Below are positions 44,908-54,376 of a DNA stretch of 64,000 nucleotides, in pieces (within the stretch, counting starts at the first letter, position 1; the number at the start of each line of letters is the position of its first letter). Origin of the DNA: a plasmid; sequence record NZ_CP106961.1, one strand, 5' to 3'. The notes beneath the pieces are model-generated. The model had not been told where the DNA came from. It was given only the letters and a program-made list of their open reading frames with translations, and made no database searches. The position numbers and the translations under genes were made by a program.

Positions 44908-45330
44908 ATGCGTGTTCGCCTGACCACTGAAAACGATGCTATATCACTGATTACTATCGATATTGTTGCCCAGAGCCAGCCAAAAGGTGCGGCGCAAATC
45001 CGCATCTGGTGTGCCTGGTCTGTCTGTTATATTGCCGAACTGCAGGGAATAGCGATGGGATATGGCGTGCTGAACTACCATTTCTTCGGCTACGGCTTTA
45101 TTGAAATGCTGATGGTAGGGGAACACTACCGCCGCAGGGGTATCGGTCTGGCGTTGATTGCAGCATTGAAGTCCCGCTGCCAGCACCCGAAGCTGTTCAC
45201 CTCCACCCATCGTTCTAACCTGCCAATGCAACGGCTGCTGTTGAACGCCGGATTTATCCCCAGCGGTCAGGTCGACAATCTCGATGACGGGGACCCGGAA
45301 GCGATATTTTTTATTCCAGCCTTAACGTAG
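44908..45330 (+). CDS. GNAT-family N-acetyltransferase
   Basis: RRRGIGLALIAAL acetyl-CoA binding motif; start MRVRLTTE. Confidence 0.7.
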   Translation: MRVRLTTENDAISLITIDIVAQSQPKGAAQIRIWCAWSVCYIAELQGIAMGYGVLNYHFFGYGFIEMLMVGEHYRRRGIGLALIAALKSRCQHPKLFTSTHRSNLPMQRLLLNAGFIPSGQVDNLDDGDPEAIFFIPALT

Positions 45331-45448
45331 CGCAGAGAGAAGGGTACACAGACACCCATATCCAGGGTGCCAGGCTCAGCGAGGCCAGGGTTTTAGCGAC
45401 CTCTGTATCTAACGGGAAGTGCCTCTCTGAGAAGGTTCTGGCAGTGAA

Positions 45449-45715
45449 TCAGGCAAAAACTGGCCGGGTGTAAGGTAAATCATCTTTCTGATAAATCGGG
45501 TCTTTACCTTCAGGCTGCGTCTGAGATTGCTGCCGATAATTGCTAACTGTTTTACGCAAATATTCCCGCAACGCTACCGGCTGCTGCCGCTCGGCTTGAT
45601 GCGGCATCATCCTGACCTTTTCCCGGCTGTCTTTGACCGTCATCCCCGGCCAGCATTCCTCAACGTATCCGATAAGAAACCTCCCGATTGCCTTGCTGTC
45701 GATTGCGTTATCAAT
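45449..45715 (-). CDS. hypothetical protein
   Basis: ORF only; overlaps spurious 5' extension of fdhA ORF. Confidence 0.3.
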   Translation of the reverse strand: MDNAIDSKAIGRFLIGYVEECWPGMTVKDSREKVRMMPHQAERQQPVALREYLRKTVSNYRQQSQTQPEGKDPIYQKDDLPYTRPVFA

Positions 45716-45789
45716 CATGGCAGCTAAGCTTAGTTGACACTTACCCGGTCGGGCAGCCACACCTTTCCGGCCGCAAGCAGGAGAAGATC

Positions 45790-46923
45790 ATGAAAGCAGT
45801 TATTTACAACGGTCCCTATGATGTAAAAGTTAAAGACGTGCCGGATGCAAAAATTGTTCGCCCCACCGATGTGCTTGTCCGCATTACCACCACCAATATT
45901 TGTGGATCGGATTTGCACATGTACGAGGGTCGGACCAGCTTTGAGCAGGGACGTATTTTGGGGCACGAAAACCTGGGTGAGGTGGTTGAAATTGGCTCAG
46001 GAGTGGAGCGTGTTAAGGTCGGTGACTATGTCTGTCTGCCATTTAATGTCGGATGCGGTTTTTGCGAGAATTGTGAAAAAGGTCTGACCGGTTTTTGCCT
46101 CACCACCAATCCCGGTACTGTGGGCGCGGCCTATGGTTTTGCTGAAATGGGCTCCTGGGAGGGTGGTCAGGCGGAACTGCTTCGGGTCCCCTTTGCAGAC
46201 TTTAACTGCCTGGTGCTTCCGCCTGACGCAGTAGAAAAAGAAGATGATTATGTGATGCTCTCTGACATTTTCCCTACCGGCTGGCATGCGACAGAACTCG
46301 CCGGATTAAAGCCTGGCGAAAGCGTAGCCATTTACGGCGCGGGGCCGGTGGGTCTGATGGCCGCACACTCAGCCATGATAAAAGGCGCTTCACAGGTATT
46401 TGTAGTGGATACACACCAGGACCGTTTAGCGCTGGCAGAGAAAATGGGGGCGACGGGCATCAATGCGACCGGCGATGAAGCCGTGCAACGAATTCTCGAC
46501 TTAACTGACGGACGCGGCACTGACTGTGGCTGTGAATGCGTGGGCTATCAGTGCTGTAACAAACATGGCCATGAAGATAATTCGGTCACTATGAACAGCC
46601 TCGTTGCATCAACCAAAGCAACCGGGGGAATTGGTGTGGTTGGCGTGTTTATCCCGCAGGATCCGGGAGCTGCATCAGACCTTTCCAAAGAAGGTAAGAT
46701 GCCGTTTGATTTCGGCAGTTTTTGGTTTAAAGGACAGTCAATCCGCACCGGCCAGGCGAACGTCAAAGCCTATAATCGTCAGCTGGCCCGTCTGATCCAT
46801 CAGGGTAAAGCCAGCCCGGGCGGCATAATCTCACACCGTCTTTCACTTGCTGAGGCGCCTGAGGGATATAAGCACTTTGACGATCGCGATGAGGGATGGA
46901 CGAAGGTTATCCTTAAGCCTTAA
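45790..46923 (+). CDS. fdhA: zinc-dependent glutathione-independent formaldehyde dehydrogenase
   Basis: MKAVIYNGPYDVKVKDV start, GHE zinc site, C-x2-C-x2-C-x7-C structural zinc, GAGPVG NAD fold. Confidence 0.8.
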   Translation: MKAVIYNGPYDVKVKDVPDAKIVRPTDVLVRITTTNICGSDLHMYEGRTSFEQGRILGHENLGEVVEIGSGVERVKVGDYVCLPFNVGCGFCENCEKGLTGFCLTTNPGTVGAAYGFAEMGSWEGGQAELLRVPFADFNCLVLPPDAVEKEDDYVMLSDIFPTGWHATELAGLKPGESVAIYGAGPVGLMAAHSAMIKGASQVFVVDTHQDRLALAEKMGATGINATGDEAVQRILDLTDGRGTDCGCECVGYQCCNKHGHEDNSVTMNSLVASTKATGGIGVVGVFIPQDPGAASDLSKEGKMPFDFGSFWFKGQSIRTGQANVKAYNRQLARLIHQGKASPGGIISHRLSLAEAPEGYKHFDDRDEGWTKVILKP

Positions 46924-47279
46924 CTGACGCTGATCGGTTATAAAAGTTAAATCGGAACAATTAAACCGGAACAATGTAGAAATATCGACGGGATACCATT
47001 GCGTATCCTGTCATAATATTTATCTTCTGCTGCCAGGCTCGCCCCTGTATCTATTGTGATGTTTAATGACGCATTATGAATATTATCAGGACCTGTGAAT
47101 AGCGCCCGATCTTCTTCAGGCATAAACGAAATAAACGCTATTCATGTAATAACGATGAGAGTGGGTGAGAATGAAGTGCGATATTATAAGGATTCTATGT
47201 AACATCATGTCGGGATAGATCCAGAGTCAAAGCCACCTGAGTATTACAGGTGGCTTTTAAACGATTCTGAGCTGCGTTT

Positions 47280-48416
47280 TTACCTTAAGCTGGTTTTGAA
47301 AAACTGTTCAAACCTGGCAAAAGGGATCTTACCTGCAGCGTTGTCGTATAAGTCCACGTGGTTTGCGCCGGGGACGATCACAAGCTCTTTTTCAGTGCTG
47401 CCAACCGCTTTGTAGGCATCTTCTGCAAAATAGCGCGAGTGCGCTTTTTCACCTGTAACAATCAACACAGGAATAGTGATTTCATTTGCGTAGCTAAGCA
47501 GCGGCATATTCATAAACGACAAGGGCATCGTTGCATTCCATGCGCCATTAGAGTTAACAGAACGCCCATGGAAGCCGCGTGGCATTCTGTAATAATCAAA
47601 AAACTCTTTCAGTACCGGGTGTGGATTCGCGGGTAATGTTTCCGGCAGAATTCGCTCAGAAGCGCTTACGCTGCCATTCTTATCCACATTAATATCGTGA
47701 CTACCGCGGGCGATAGTTCCGCTTTCAGCATCTTTCCAGCGCTGCTCGTTCAGGTACTGTAATACGGCACGGCGATCGGCTGTTGAATAACGGTCTTTGC
47801 CATCACCAACGCCATGTCCCATCGCCCGGCTCATGTCGTACATCACGCTGGTCGCAACTGCTTTTACGCGTGTATCCATCGCCGCCGCATTGAGTGCCAT
47901 GCCTCCCCAGCCGCAAATACCGAGTAATCCAATACGATGGCGATCCACCTCTTTTTGTAATCCAAGGAAATCAACCGCCGCGCTAAAGTCCTCAGTGTTG
48001 ATATCCGGAGAGGCGACATTACGCGGATAGCCACCACTTTCACCCGTGTAAGAAGGATCGAATGCCAGCGCAACAAATCCCTGTTCGGCCAGGGTCTGTG
48101 CATACAGGCCGCTTGATTGCTCTTTGACCGCACCGAAAGGACCACTTAATGCAATCGCAGCCAGTTTACGTTCGCCCCGGTTTTTGGGGATGTAAAGATC
48201 CCCTACTAATATGATCCCGTAACGGTTCTGGAATGCCACCTTGCGATGATCAACCTTATCGCTCTCTGCAAAGGTTTTATCCCATTTTTCTACCATTGAA
48301 ACAGGCGAGTTCGGATTAGATGTGTCAGCATAACTCATTGTCGTAACTCCACTTAATGATACGCATAGCAGCATAGCGGGTAGCGCGGCTGTCAGCTTTC
48401 TGGTGAAAACATTCAT
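47280..48416 (-). CDS. secreted alpha/beta-fold hydrolase
   Basis: signal peptide, GICGWGG nucleophile elbow (G-x-C/S-x-G), 378 aa. Confidence 0.65.
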   Translation of the reverse strand: MNVFTRKLTAALPAMLLCVSLSGVTTMSYADTSNPNSPVSMVEKWDKTFAESDKVDHRKVAFQNRYGIILVGDLYIPKNRGERKLAAIALSGPFGAVKEQSSGLYAQTLAEQGFVALAFDPSYTGESGGYPRNVASPDINTEDFSAAVDFLGLQKEVDRHRIGLLGICGWGGMALNAAAMDTRVKAVATSVMYDMSRAMGHGVGDGKDRYSTADRRAVLQYLNEQRWKDAESGTIARGSHDINVDKNGSVSASERILPETLPANPHPVLKEFFDYYRMPRGFHGRSVNSNGAWNATMPLSFMNMPLLSYANEITIPVLIVTGEKAHSRYFAEDAYKAVGSTEKELVIVPGANHVDLYDNAAGKIPFARFEQFFKTSLR

Positions 48417-48615
48417 TTAAATTCCCCTGAAAAAGAAAAGTGAGGTACCGGTTTCATACGGAGAGTACTGCTGTGCTTTGATGCAATGCGCTCATTATAG
48501 GTAGCAGAAATAGTGCTGATTAGAGGGTAAAAATTGCTAGGATTAATAGCATATTGTTATAAATGAAGGGCCGCAGCAGACATCATTTGCGGCCAGATAT
48601 TCTGAGGACGCGCAA

Positions 48616-49500
48616 ATGGCAAAACGGGAAAACTATAATGAGCTCTACTTGTTTATGCAGGTGGTGCGGGAGGGCAGTTTCACTGCAGCGGCACATCGTC
48701 TTGGACTTGCACAATCAGGCGTTAGTCGTTCTGTCCGTGAACTTGAAGAAAGGCTGGGTATACAGCTTCTGGTTCGCACTACGCGCAGGCTGTCGTTAAC
48801 ACAGGCAGGTGAGCAACTGTATCAGACAACAGAATCCGGATTTGATGCTTTAGATACGGGTTTTGCCACGCTGGCGTATTACCGGAATACCCCGTCCGGT
48901 ACGGTACGCATCAATGCCAGCCAGCATGCTATTGATAAAGTTCTTTTACCGAAGCTGGCGCTATTTAAGCACCGTTACCCCGATATCAGGCTTGAACTCA
49001 TCAGTGAAAGCCGGTTCGTCGATATTATCGCTGAGCGGTTTGATGCCGGCGTGCGGCTGGGGCCGGAGGTAGGACAGGGCATGGTCGCGGTGCGTATTAC
49101 ACCTGACATGGAGATGGTTGTTGTAGCTACGCCCGAGCATTTTCGTCGCTATGGCTTTCCACAAACACCGGCTGATTTAGTGATTCATCCTTGTATAGCC
49201 TACCAGTTTGCCGATGGTAGCCTTTATCAGTGGGAACTCCTTCAGGACGGTAAAAAAATAACGCACCGACCACAAGGACAGTGGGCCTTTTCTGACAGCT
49301 ACATGGAAGCAAAAGCAGCCAGACTGGGGCTGGGGCTGGCTTATGTCCCGGAGGAACTGGTCGCTGATGATTTAGAGCAAGGCAATCTTATCAGGGCGTT
49401 GCCACGTTACAGCCAGCGCCTGGAAGGTTCATTCCTGTATTATCCTCACCGCAATGTGTCGCCGGCACTGAGAGTCGTCATTGATATACTGAAAATCTGA
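48616..49500 (+). CDS. LysR-family transcriptional regulator, divergent from hydrolase
   Basis: N-terminal HTH LFMQVVREGSFTAAAHRLGLAQSGVSRSV. Confidence 0.8.
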   Translation: MAKRENYNELYLFMQVVREGSFTAAAHRLGLAQSGVSRSVRELEERLGIQLLVRTTRRLSLTQAGEQLYQTTESGFDALDTGFATLAYYRNTPSGTVRINASQHAIDKVLLPKLALFKHRYPDIRLELISESRFVDIIAERFDAGVRLGPEVGQGMVAVRITPDMEMVVVATPEHFRRYGFPQTPADLVIHPCIAYQFADGSLYQWELLQDGKKITHRPQGQWAFSDSYMEAKAARLGLGLAYVPEELVADDLEQGNLIRALPRYSQRLEGSFLYYPHRNVSPALRVVIDILKI

Positions 49501-49551
49501 AGTTTAGCTATTTATATTCTTCGTTGTTCCGCTCTTTGTTATCGGAATAAC

Positions 49552-49575
49552 GTCCGCTTATGGCACTAAGCGGAC
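49552..49575. repeat. hairpin repeat family copy 4 (GTCCGCTTA-TGGCACT-AAGCGGAC)
   Basis: with the following ~45 bp homologous to the 3' flank of vapC at 41636..41700. Confidence 0.6.
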
Positions 49576-49607
49576 ATTCTTACCTTCTGCATTCTTAATG
49601 TCGTCAG

Positions 49608-49880
49608 TTCACCCAGTCTTCCAGCACCAGGCCCGGCACCCGCTCAAACTCTCTCACATTATTCGTCACCAGAACCGCACCGGCGGCAATGGCGTGCCCG
49701 GCGATAGCCGTGTCGTTCGGGCTGATTGGCGTCCCGGCGAGGCGCAGCGCGACCTTTATATCCGTGGTCGCATCAACCGCGCCGAGGCCTTAGGACCGGT
49801 GGCACCGAAGCGCATTTCGGAGTATGTAATTGCCGAGACATCGATGCGCTGGTAGCGCAGCACTGCATGCTCCAGGCGCA
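49608..49880 (-). pseudogene. vapC: vapC remnant (5'-truncated, internal ~80-bp deletion)
   Basis: nucleotide-level homology to 41690..42060 (same 3' flank TCAGTTCACCCAGTCTTCCAGCACCAGGCCCGGCAC) but missing segment and no start. Confidence 0.6.
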
Positions 49881-49917
49881 CGGCGGAAGGCCTTAACGCA
49901 GGACCGGGTGTCCGCTC

Positions 49918-50538
49918 TCATTTCGTCATCTTCCCACCTTTCGGCTCCGCCCGGGCCAGGATCAGCAACTCGGCCTGCAGGGCGCGGTTTTCTTCCCGGG
50001 CGTCCTTCAGCTCCCCCTTCGTTTCCTTCAGCTGTGCTGCCAGATGTTCGCCGGTTGCCGTCAGGCGGGCCACCTGCTCTCGCAGCGGCAGCGCCTCATC
50101 CCGCAGCTCCCGGACGTCCTGCAGCAGGCGGTCCCGCTCGGCCACCACCTCGCGCAGCACCGCCAGCTCGCTCTCCAGGGCGGTCACTTTCGCCAGGGCC
50201 TCATCCCGCTCCCGGTCGGCCTGCGCAATATCCGCGTCAGCCTGCTCGCGCGCCGCCAGGGTGACAGCGTCCGCCTGTTTCACAGCCGCCTGCCACAGCA
50301 GCCCCAGCTGGCCGGTCAGGAGCTGCGCCAGCTCCGGCGGCAGCGCCGGGGCCTGCTCGGCGCGCTGCTCCCGTTGCCGGGCGCGGAACGCGCGCATCAC
50401 CGGGGAGATATGCGACAGGGAGCCGCCGCCGAGGTGGGCGCGGACCTGATCGTTGGTCGGGTTCGGGGTGCCGACGGCGATGAGGGCGGTGGCGGCGTCC
50501 TCGATACGGCGGACGGTTTCGGGTGGCAGTGTGCTCAT
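49918..50538 (-). CDS. KfrA-like DNA-binding protein (N-terminal HTH plus alanine-rich coiled coil)
   Basis: N-terminus DQVRAHLGGGSLSHISPVMRAFRAR resembles KfrA N-terminal domain; ~70% GC, long A/E/R/L-rich helix. Confidence 0.55.
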   Translation of the reverse strand: MSTLPPETVRRIEDAATALIAVGTPNPTNDQVRAHLGGGSLSHISPVMRAFRARQREQRAEQAPALPPELAQLLTGQLGLLWQAAVKQADAVTLAAREQADADIAQADRERDEALAKVTALESELAVLREVVAERDRLLQDVRELRDEALPLREQVARLTATGEHLAAQLKETKGELKDAREENRALQAELLILARAEPKGGKMTK

Positions 50539-50704
50539 GGTGGGCTCCGGGGAAAGTAAAGGGTCAGTGAGAGGATTTTACACGACGGGGAAAAATACAC
50601 GATACAGGAAATACATATTGTACATAAAATACATTCATTACATACAATAAAATTAATACTTACATTTCTACAGTACGTACATTTCGTACTCGTTTACGCC
50701 GTCA

Positions 50705-50730
50705 GATCCGAAAAAAGGCAGAGCCGGATC
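50705..50730. repeat. GATCCG-AAAAAAGGCAGAGC-CGGATC palindrome (copy B)
   Basis: pairs with 42528..42553. Confidence 0.5.
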
Positions 50731-50927
50731 CTTGTCCTCAGCGGGGCAGGTATAATGGATTTATAGTTTGTTACAGGTGGGTTCAAAATTCCGAGGCGGG
50801 TTAACAGGTCGCTGTAAGGAGTGGGTTCAATGTGGAAAGCTGGCCCTGTAAAAACTGTTCTGCCGGGGCATCCCTGCCGGTCACGAAGGGCGCAGAAAGC
50901 GCCCCCCACGGTTTATCATACACGGAC

Positions 50928-52193
50928 TCAGATACCCACACCTCCCGTGCCAAAGGCCTCGCTGTGAATGCGCTCTTTTGCAATGCCCAGCGCCAGCAGG
51001 GAACGGTACTGTTCGTGCATAAACGGCACTGGCCCGCACAGATAAAAATCGGCGTCTGGCGGCAGATATTCCGCCGGTACCGCGCTGAGATCGAGCCGGC
51101 CCTGCACATGATAATCTTCCCCGAGCACCTCAGTTTCCTTCGCCTGCTCATAGGCGATAAAAATATGCAGATTACTGTTCTGCTTAGAGAGAGCCGCCAG
51201 TTCCTGGCGCAGGGCATGAACATCGGAACTGCGGGCCGCATGAAGGAAAAATATCTGCTTCCTGTCCTGAATCTGTGGCGCGTGGTCCGCTTTCAGGGAG
51301 GTATTCGGATCAGCTATTTCTGCCAGCAGATGGTGTGTCATGGACATCATGGGTGTCAGGCCGACGCCGGCACTGATAAGCACATTGTCCACTTCGGGAT
51401 TTAATAAAAAGAAGTTGCCCGCCGGCGCGCTCAGTTCCACCGTGTCGCCTTCACTGACGGCATTGTGGAGGGTTGATGAGACATAACCCGGATCCTGTCC
51501 TTCCGCACGCGGATCTTCGCGTTTCACGGAGATACGCAAGTAACCGGCCCCGGGCTTGCCGGATAAGCTGTACTGTCGCGGCTGTTTCAGGCCCAGTTCA
51601 GTAACAAAGACGCGCAGCGTCACATACTGTCCCGGCCGGTAATCCGGCAGGGCCTGTCCGTCTGCGGGCGTCAGATAAAAAGAGGAGATCTCCTCGCTTT
51701 CTTTTACTTTTTTGCTAACATTAAAATCGCGCCAGCCAAGCCAGCTGCCGGGTGTGGTTCGGCGCTCATCATAAAGCCTTTTCTCGGCTCCGATAAATAT
51801 GTCGGCCAGCTCCTGATACGCGGCACCCCAGGCCCCGATGAGTGGATTATCCATCGGGACGGAAAGCACTTCGCTGATGGAATGCAGTAAATTCTCACCG
51901 ACAATACTGTAGTCCGGGGCCTTAATATTCAGGCTCACATGTTTATGGCAGATCAGCTCAATGACCGGCGCCAGAACCCCGGGCTCGTCAATATTCTCTG
52001 CATAGGCCAGCACCGCACCTGCCAGCGCTTTCGCCTGCGCGCCGCTGCGCTGATGACCCATATTAAAGACTTCCTGCAAATCAGGATTATTCCGTAACAT
52101 CCTTTTATAGAAGTAATCCGTTAACGCAACGCCATTTTCCTTCAGTACCGGAACGGTATCTTTAACCAGTTGTTTCTGCTCTTGAGTTAGCAT
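50928..52193 (-). CDS. hmp: flavohaemoglobin / nitric oxide dioxygenase
   Basis: globin domain MLTQEQKQLVKDTVPVL..., FAD-binding RQYS, NAD-binding GxGxxP; ORF-track start 52328 is an extension. Confidence 0.85.
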   Translation of the reverse strand: MLTQEQKQLVKDTVPVLKENGVALTDYFYKRMLRNNPDLQEVFNMGHQRSGAQAKALAGAVLAYAENIDEPGVLAPVIELICHKHVSLNIKAPDYSIVGENLLHSISEVLSVPMDNPLIGAWGAAYQELADIFIGAEKRLYDERRTTPGSWLGWRDFNVSKKVKESEEISSFYLTPADGQALPDYRPGQYVTLRVFVTELGLKQPRQYSLSGKPGAGYLRISVKREDPRAEGQDPGYVSSTLHNAVSEGDTVELSAPAGNFFLLNPEVDNVLISAGVGLTPMMSMTHHLLAEIADPNTSLKADHAPQIQDRKQIFFLHAARSSDVHALRQELAALSKQNSNLHIFIAYEQAKETEVLGEDYHVQGRLDLSAVPAEYLPPDADFYLCGPVPFMHEQYRSLLALGIAKERIHSEAFGTGGVGI

Positions 52194-52409
52194 GCGATCC
52201 TCCGTGGGGTTTAATTCAGTAACAGTCATGGTCCTGATAAGCATAAACCATGCTGGGAAGTGTGACCCGGCGTAAAAATCCGGTACAGCCGCTGTAATCT
52301 TTCTGCCAGAAAATGGAACCGGACGCATATTTTTATACAGGGCTGATGGTGAAGATATGCGGTCCGACCGCTATGAATAAAATATGGTATAGAGTGATTT
52401 CATGTTGTC

Positions 52410-52685
52410 ATGCACAGGGAAATGAAGATGAGGGCATTACTGGCGGAGCTGGTTGATATTATTGCGGAGCAGCATAAGTCTGAAAAGGAAGTGATTATTC
52501 AGACTGAAGCACTGAATCTGGTTGTAGCTGCCATTCTCATGCGACTGGATGACAGCGTTCGTATGCAACTGAAAAGTGAGATTGATGAGGCTTTCGCTTC
52601 ACAGCATGGAGGTCACCCCTCATTTATGGATGAAACGCACATACTCCAGCGTGCTGTGGAAGAACTGTTTAATTTTCATAGGTGA
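52410..52685 (+). CDS. hypothetical protein whose stop codon TGA is supplied by the first bases of IS3-family copy 2
   Basis: 91-aa ORF ending at 52683..52685 = TGA of the IS end TGAATCGCC. Confidence 0.4.
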   Translation: MHREMKMRALLAELVDIIAEQHKSEKEVIIQTEALNLVVAAILMRLDDSVRMQLKSEIDEAFASQHGGHPSFMDETHILQRAVEELFNFHR

Positions 52686-53911
52686 ATCGCCACGGGTTTA
52701 ACAGACACCTCAGAGTCATTTAAGATGGCTTAAAGAGAGGTGCCCATGAGCGGTAAGCGTTATCCCGAAGAGTTTAAAACTGAAGCAGTCAAACAGGTTG
52801 TTGATCGCGGTTATTCTGTTGCCAGCGTTGCAACACGTCTCGATATCACCACCCACAGCCTTTACGCCTGAATAAAGAAGTACGGTCCGGATCCTTCCAT
52901 TAATAAAGAACAGTCAGATGCTCAGGCCGAGATCCGCCGTCTCCAGAAAGAGCTGAAGCGGGTTACCGACGAACGGGACATATTAAAAAAAGCCGCGGCG
53001 TACTTCGCAAAGCTGTCCGACTGAGGTACGCCTTTATCCGTGACAACTCCTGTTGCTGGCCTGTTCGCCTGCTCTGTCGGGTGCTGGATGTTCATCCCAG
53101 TGGTTTTTACGCCTGGCTTCAGCAGCCGCATTCACAACGCCATCAGGCAGACCTGAGACTGACAGGACAGATTAAACAGTTCTGGCTGGAATCGGGATGC
53201 GTCTATGGTTATCGCAAAATCCATCTGGATCTGCGTGACAGCGGGCAACAGTGCGGAGTGAACAGAGTCTGGCGACTGATGAAACGTGTCGGGATAAAGG
53301 CTCAGGTCGGATACCGGAGCCCGCGGGCACGTAAAGGCGAGGCCAGTATCGTGTCGCCCAACAGGCTCCAGCGACAGTTCAATCCGGATGCTCCGGATAA
53401 GCGTTGGGTAACGGACATCACCTACATCAGGACCCGCGAAGGCTGGCTGTATCTTGCCGTGGTTGTTGATCTGTTCTCACGCAAAATTATCGGCTGGTCC
53501 ATGCAATCCCGGATGACAAAGGACATTGTCCTGAACGCACTGCTGATGGCTGTATGGCGCCGTAATCCCCAAAAACAGGTGCTGGTTCATTCGGATCAGG
53601 GCAGTCAGTACACAAGCCATGAGTGGCAGTCGTTCCTGAAATCACACGGCCTGGAGGGCAGCATGAGCCGTCGCGGTAACTGCCATGATAATGCGGTTGC
53701 AGAAAGCTTTTTCCAGTTGTTGAAACGCGAACGGATAAAGAAAAAGAGCTACGGAACGCGGGAAGAAGCCCGCAGTGATATTTTTGATTACATCGAAATG
53801 TTTTATAACAGTAAGCGTCGGCATGGTTCCAGCGATCAGATGTCACCGACAGAATATGAAAACCAGTATTATCAACGGCTCGGAAGTGTCTAGATTATCC
53901 GTGGCGATTCA
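52683..53911 (+). mobile_element. IS3-family insertion sequence copy 2 (1229 bp), orfA inactivated
   Basis: same ends as copy 1; orfA carries TGG to TGA at 52869..52871 (copy 1 has TGG at 31662..31664); no matching 3-bp flanks (AGG / GAT). Confidence 0.85.
53081..53893 (+). CDS. IS3-family transposase OrfB (copy 2)
   Basis: 270 aa, few substitutions relative to copy 1. Confidence 0.8.
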   Translation: MLDVHPSGFYAWLQQPHSQRHQADLRLTGQIKQFWLESGCVYGYRKIHLDLRDSGQQCGVNRVWRLMKRVGIKAQVGYRSPRARKGEASIVSPNRLQRQFNPDAPDKRWVTDITYIRTREGWLYLAVVVDLFSRKIIGWSMQSRMTKDIVLNALLMAVWRRNPQKQVLVHSDQGSQYTSHEWQSFLKSHGLEGSMSRRGNCHDNAVAESFFQLLKRERIKKKSYGTREEARSDIFDYIEMFYNSKRRHGSSDQMSPTEYENQYYQRLGSV

Positions 53912-53934
53912 GATAGTAGTATGTACAAAAGGGC

Positions 53935-53971
53935 GAGAAAAGGCAGGGAGATTAATTCCCTGCCTTTTTTA
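53935..53971. terminator. bidirectional rho-independent terminator
   Basis: AAAAGGCAGGGA-GATTAATT-CCCTGCCTTTTTTAT. Confidence 0.6.
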
Positions 53972-54376
53972 TTATTTAATTAAGAAGTCATCAATATTGC
54001 CGCCGTTGGCAGCGTGTTCAGCCAGAACTTTTGGTGTACGGCCCTGGCCAGTCCATGTTTTAGTTTCACCGTTTTCATCGGTGTACTGGTATTTGGCCGG
54101 ACGTGCTGCACGCTCTTTTTTAGGTTTTGTCTGGCCGGTGGAGTATTCAAGCAACTCTGACGGGTCAATACCATCATCCAGCATCAACTGGCGCAACTTA
54201 TTCAGCTTCTCTGTACGTTCCGAAATCTCGTTACGTTTTGCTTCTTCTTCATCACGACGTTCCGAAACGATGACATTAAACTTCTCCAGAATGTCTTCCA
54301 GAGTTTCGAGAGGCAACTCACGCGCCTGAGCTCGCAGTGAACGGATGTTATTTAGTGTTTTCAGTTCTTCAGACAT
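53972..54376 (-). CDS. hns: H-NS-family nucleoid-associated protein (plasmid-type H-NS/StpA paralogue)
   Basis: 134 aa, N-terminal coiled-coil, C-terminal [12 protein letters not shown]-binding motif. Confidence 0.85.
   Translation of the reverse strand: MSEELKTLNNIRSLRAQARELPLETLEDILEKFNVIVSERRDEEEAKRNEISERTEKLNKLRQLMLDDGIDPSELLEYSTGQTKPKKERAARPAKYQYTDENGETKTWTGQGRTPKVLAEHAANGGNIDDFLIK

Noticed and set aside
45688-45789. N-terminal extension of the formaldehyde dehydrogenase ORF (MPCCRLRYQ…)
   Set aside because: Zn-ADH family proteins begin at MKAVIYNG. The extension overlaps a minus-strand ORF and has no RBS.
49830-50559. Pro/Arg/Ala-rich ORFs (144 aa and 171 aa) on the plus strand
   Set aside because: Antisense frames of the 70% GC KfrA-like gene. 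They have low-complexity composition and no start context.
52194-52409. Looked for an NsrR-type operator (AAGATGCATTT-N-AAATACATCTT-like) upstream of hmp
   Set aside because: No convincing 11-1-11 palindrome found by eye. Regulation left unassigned.
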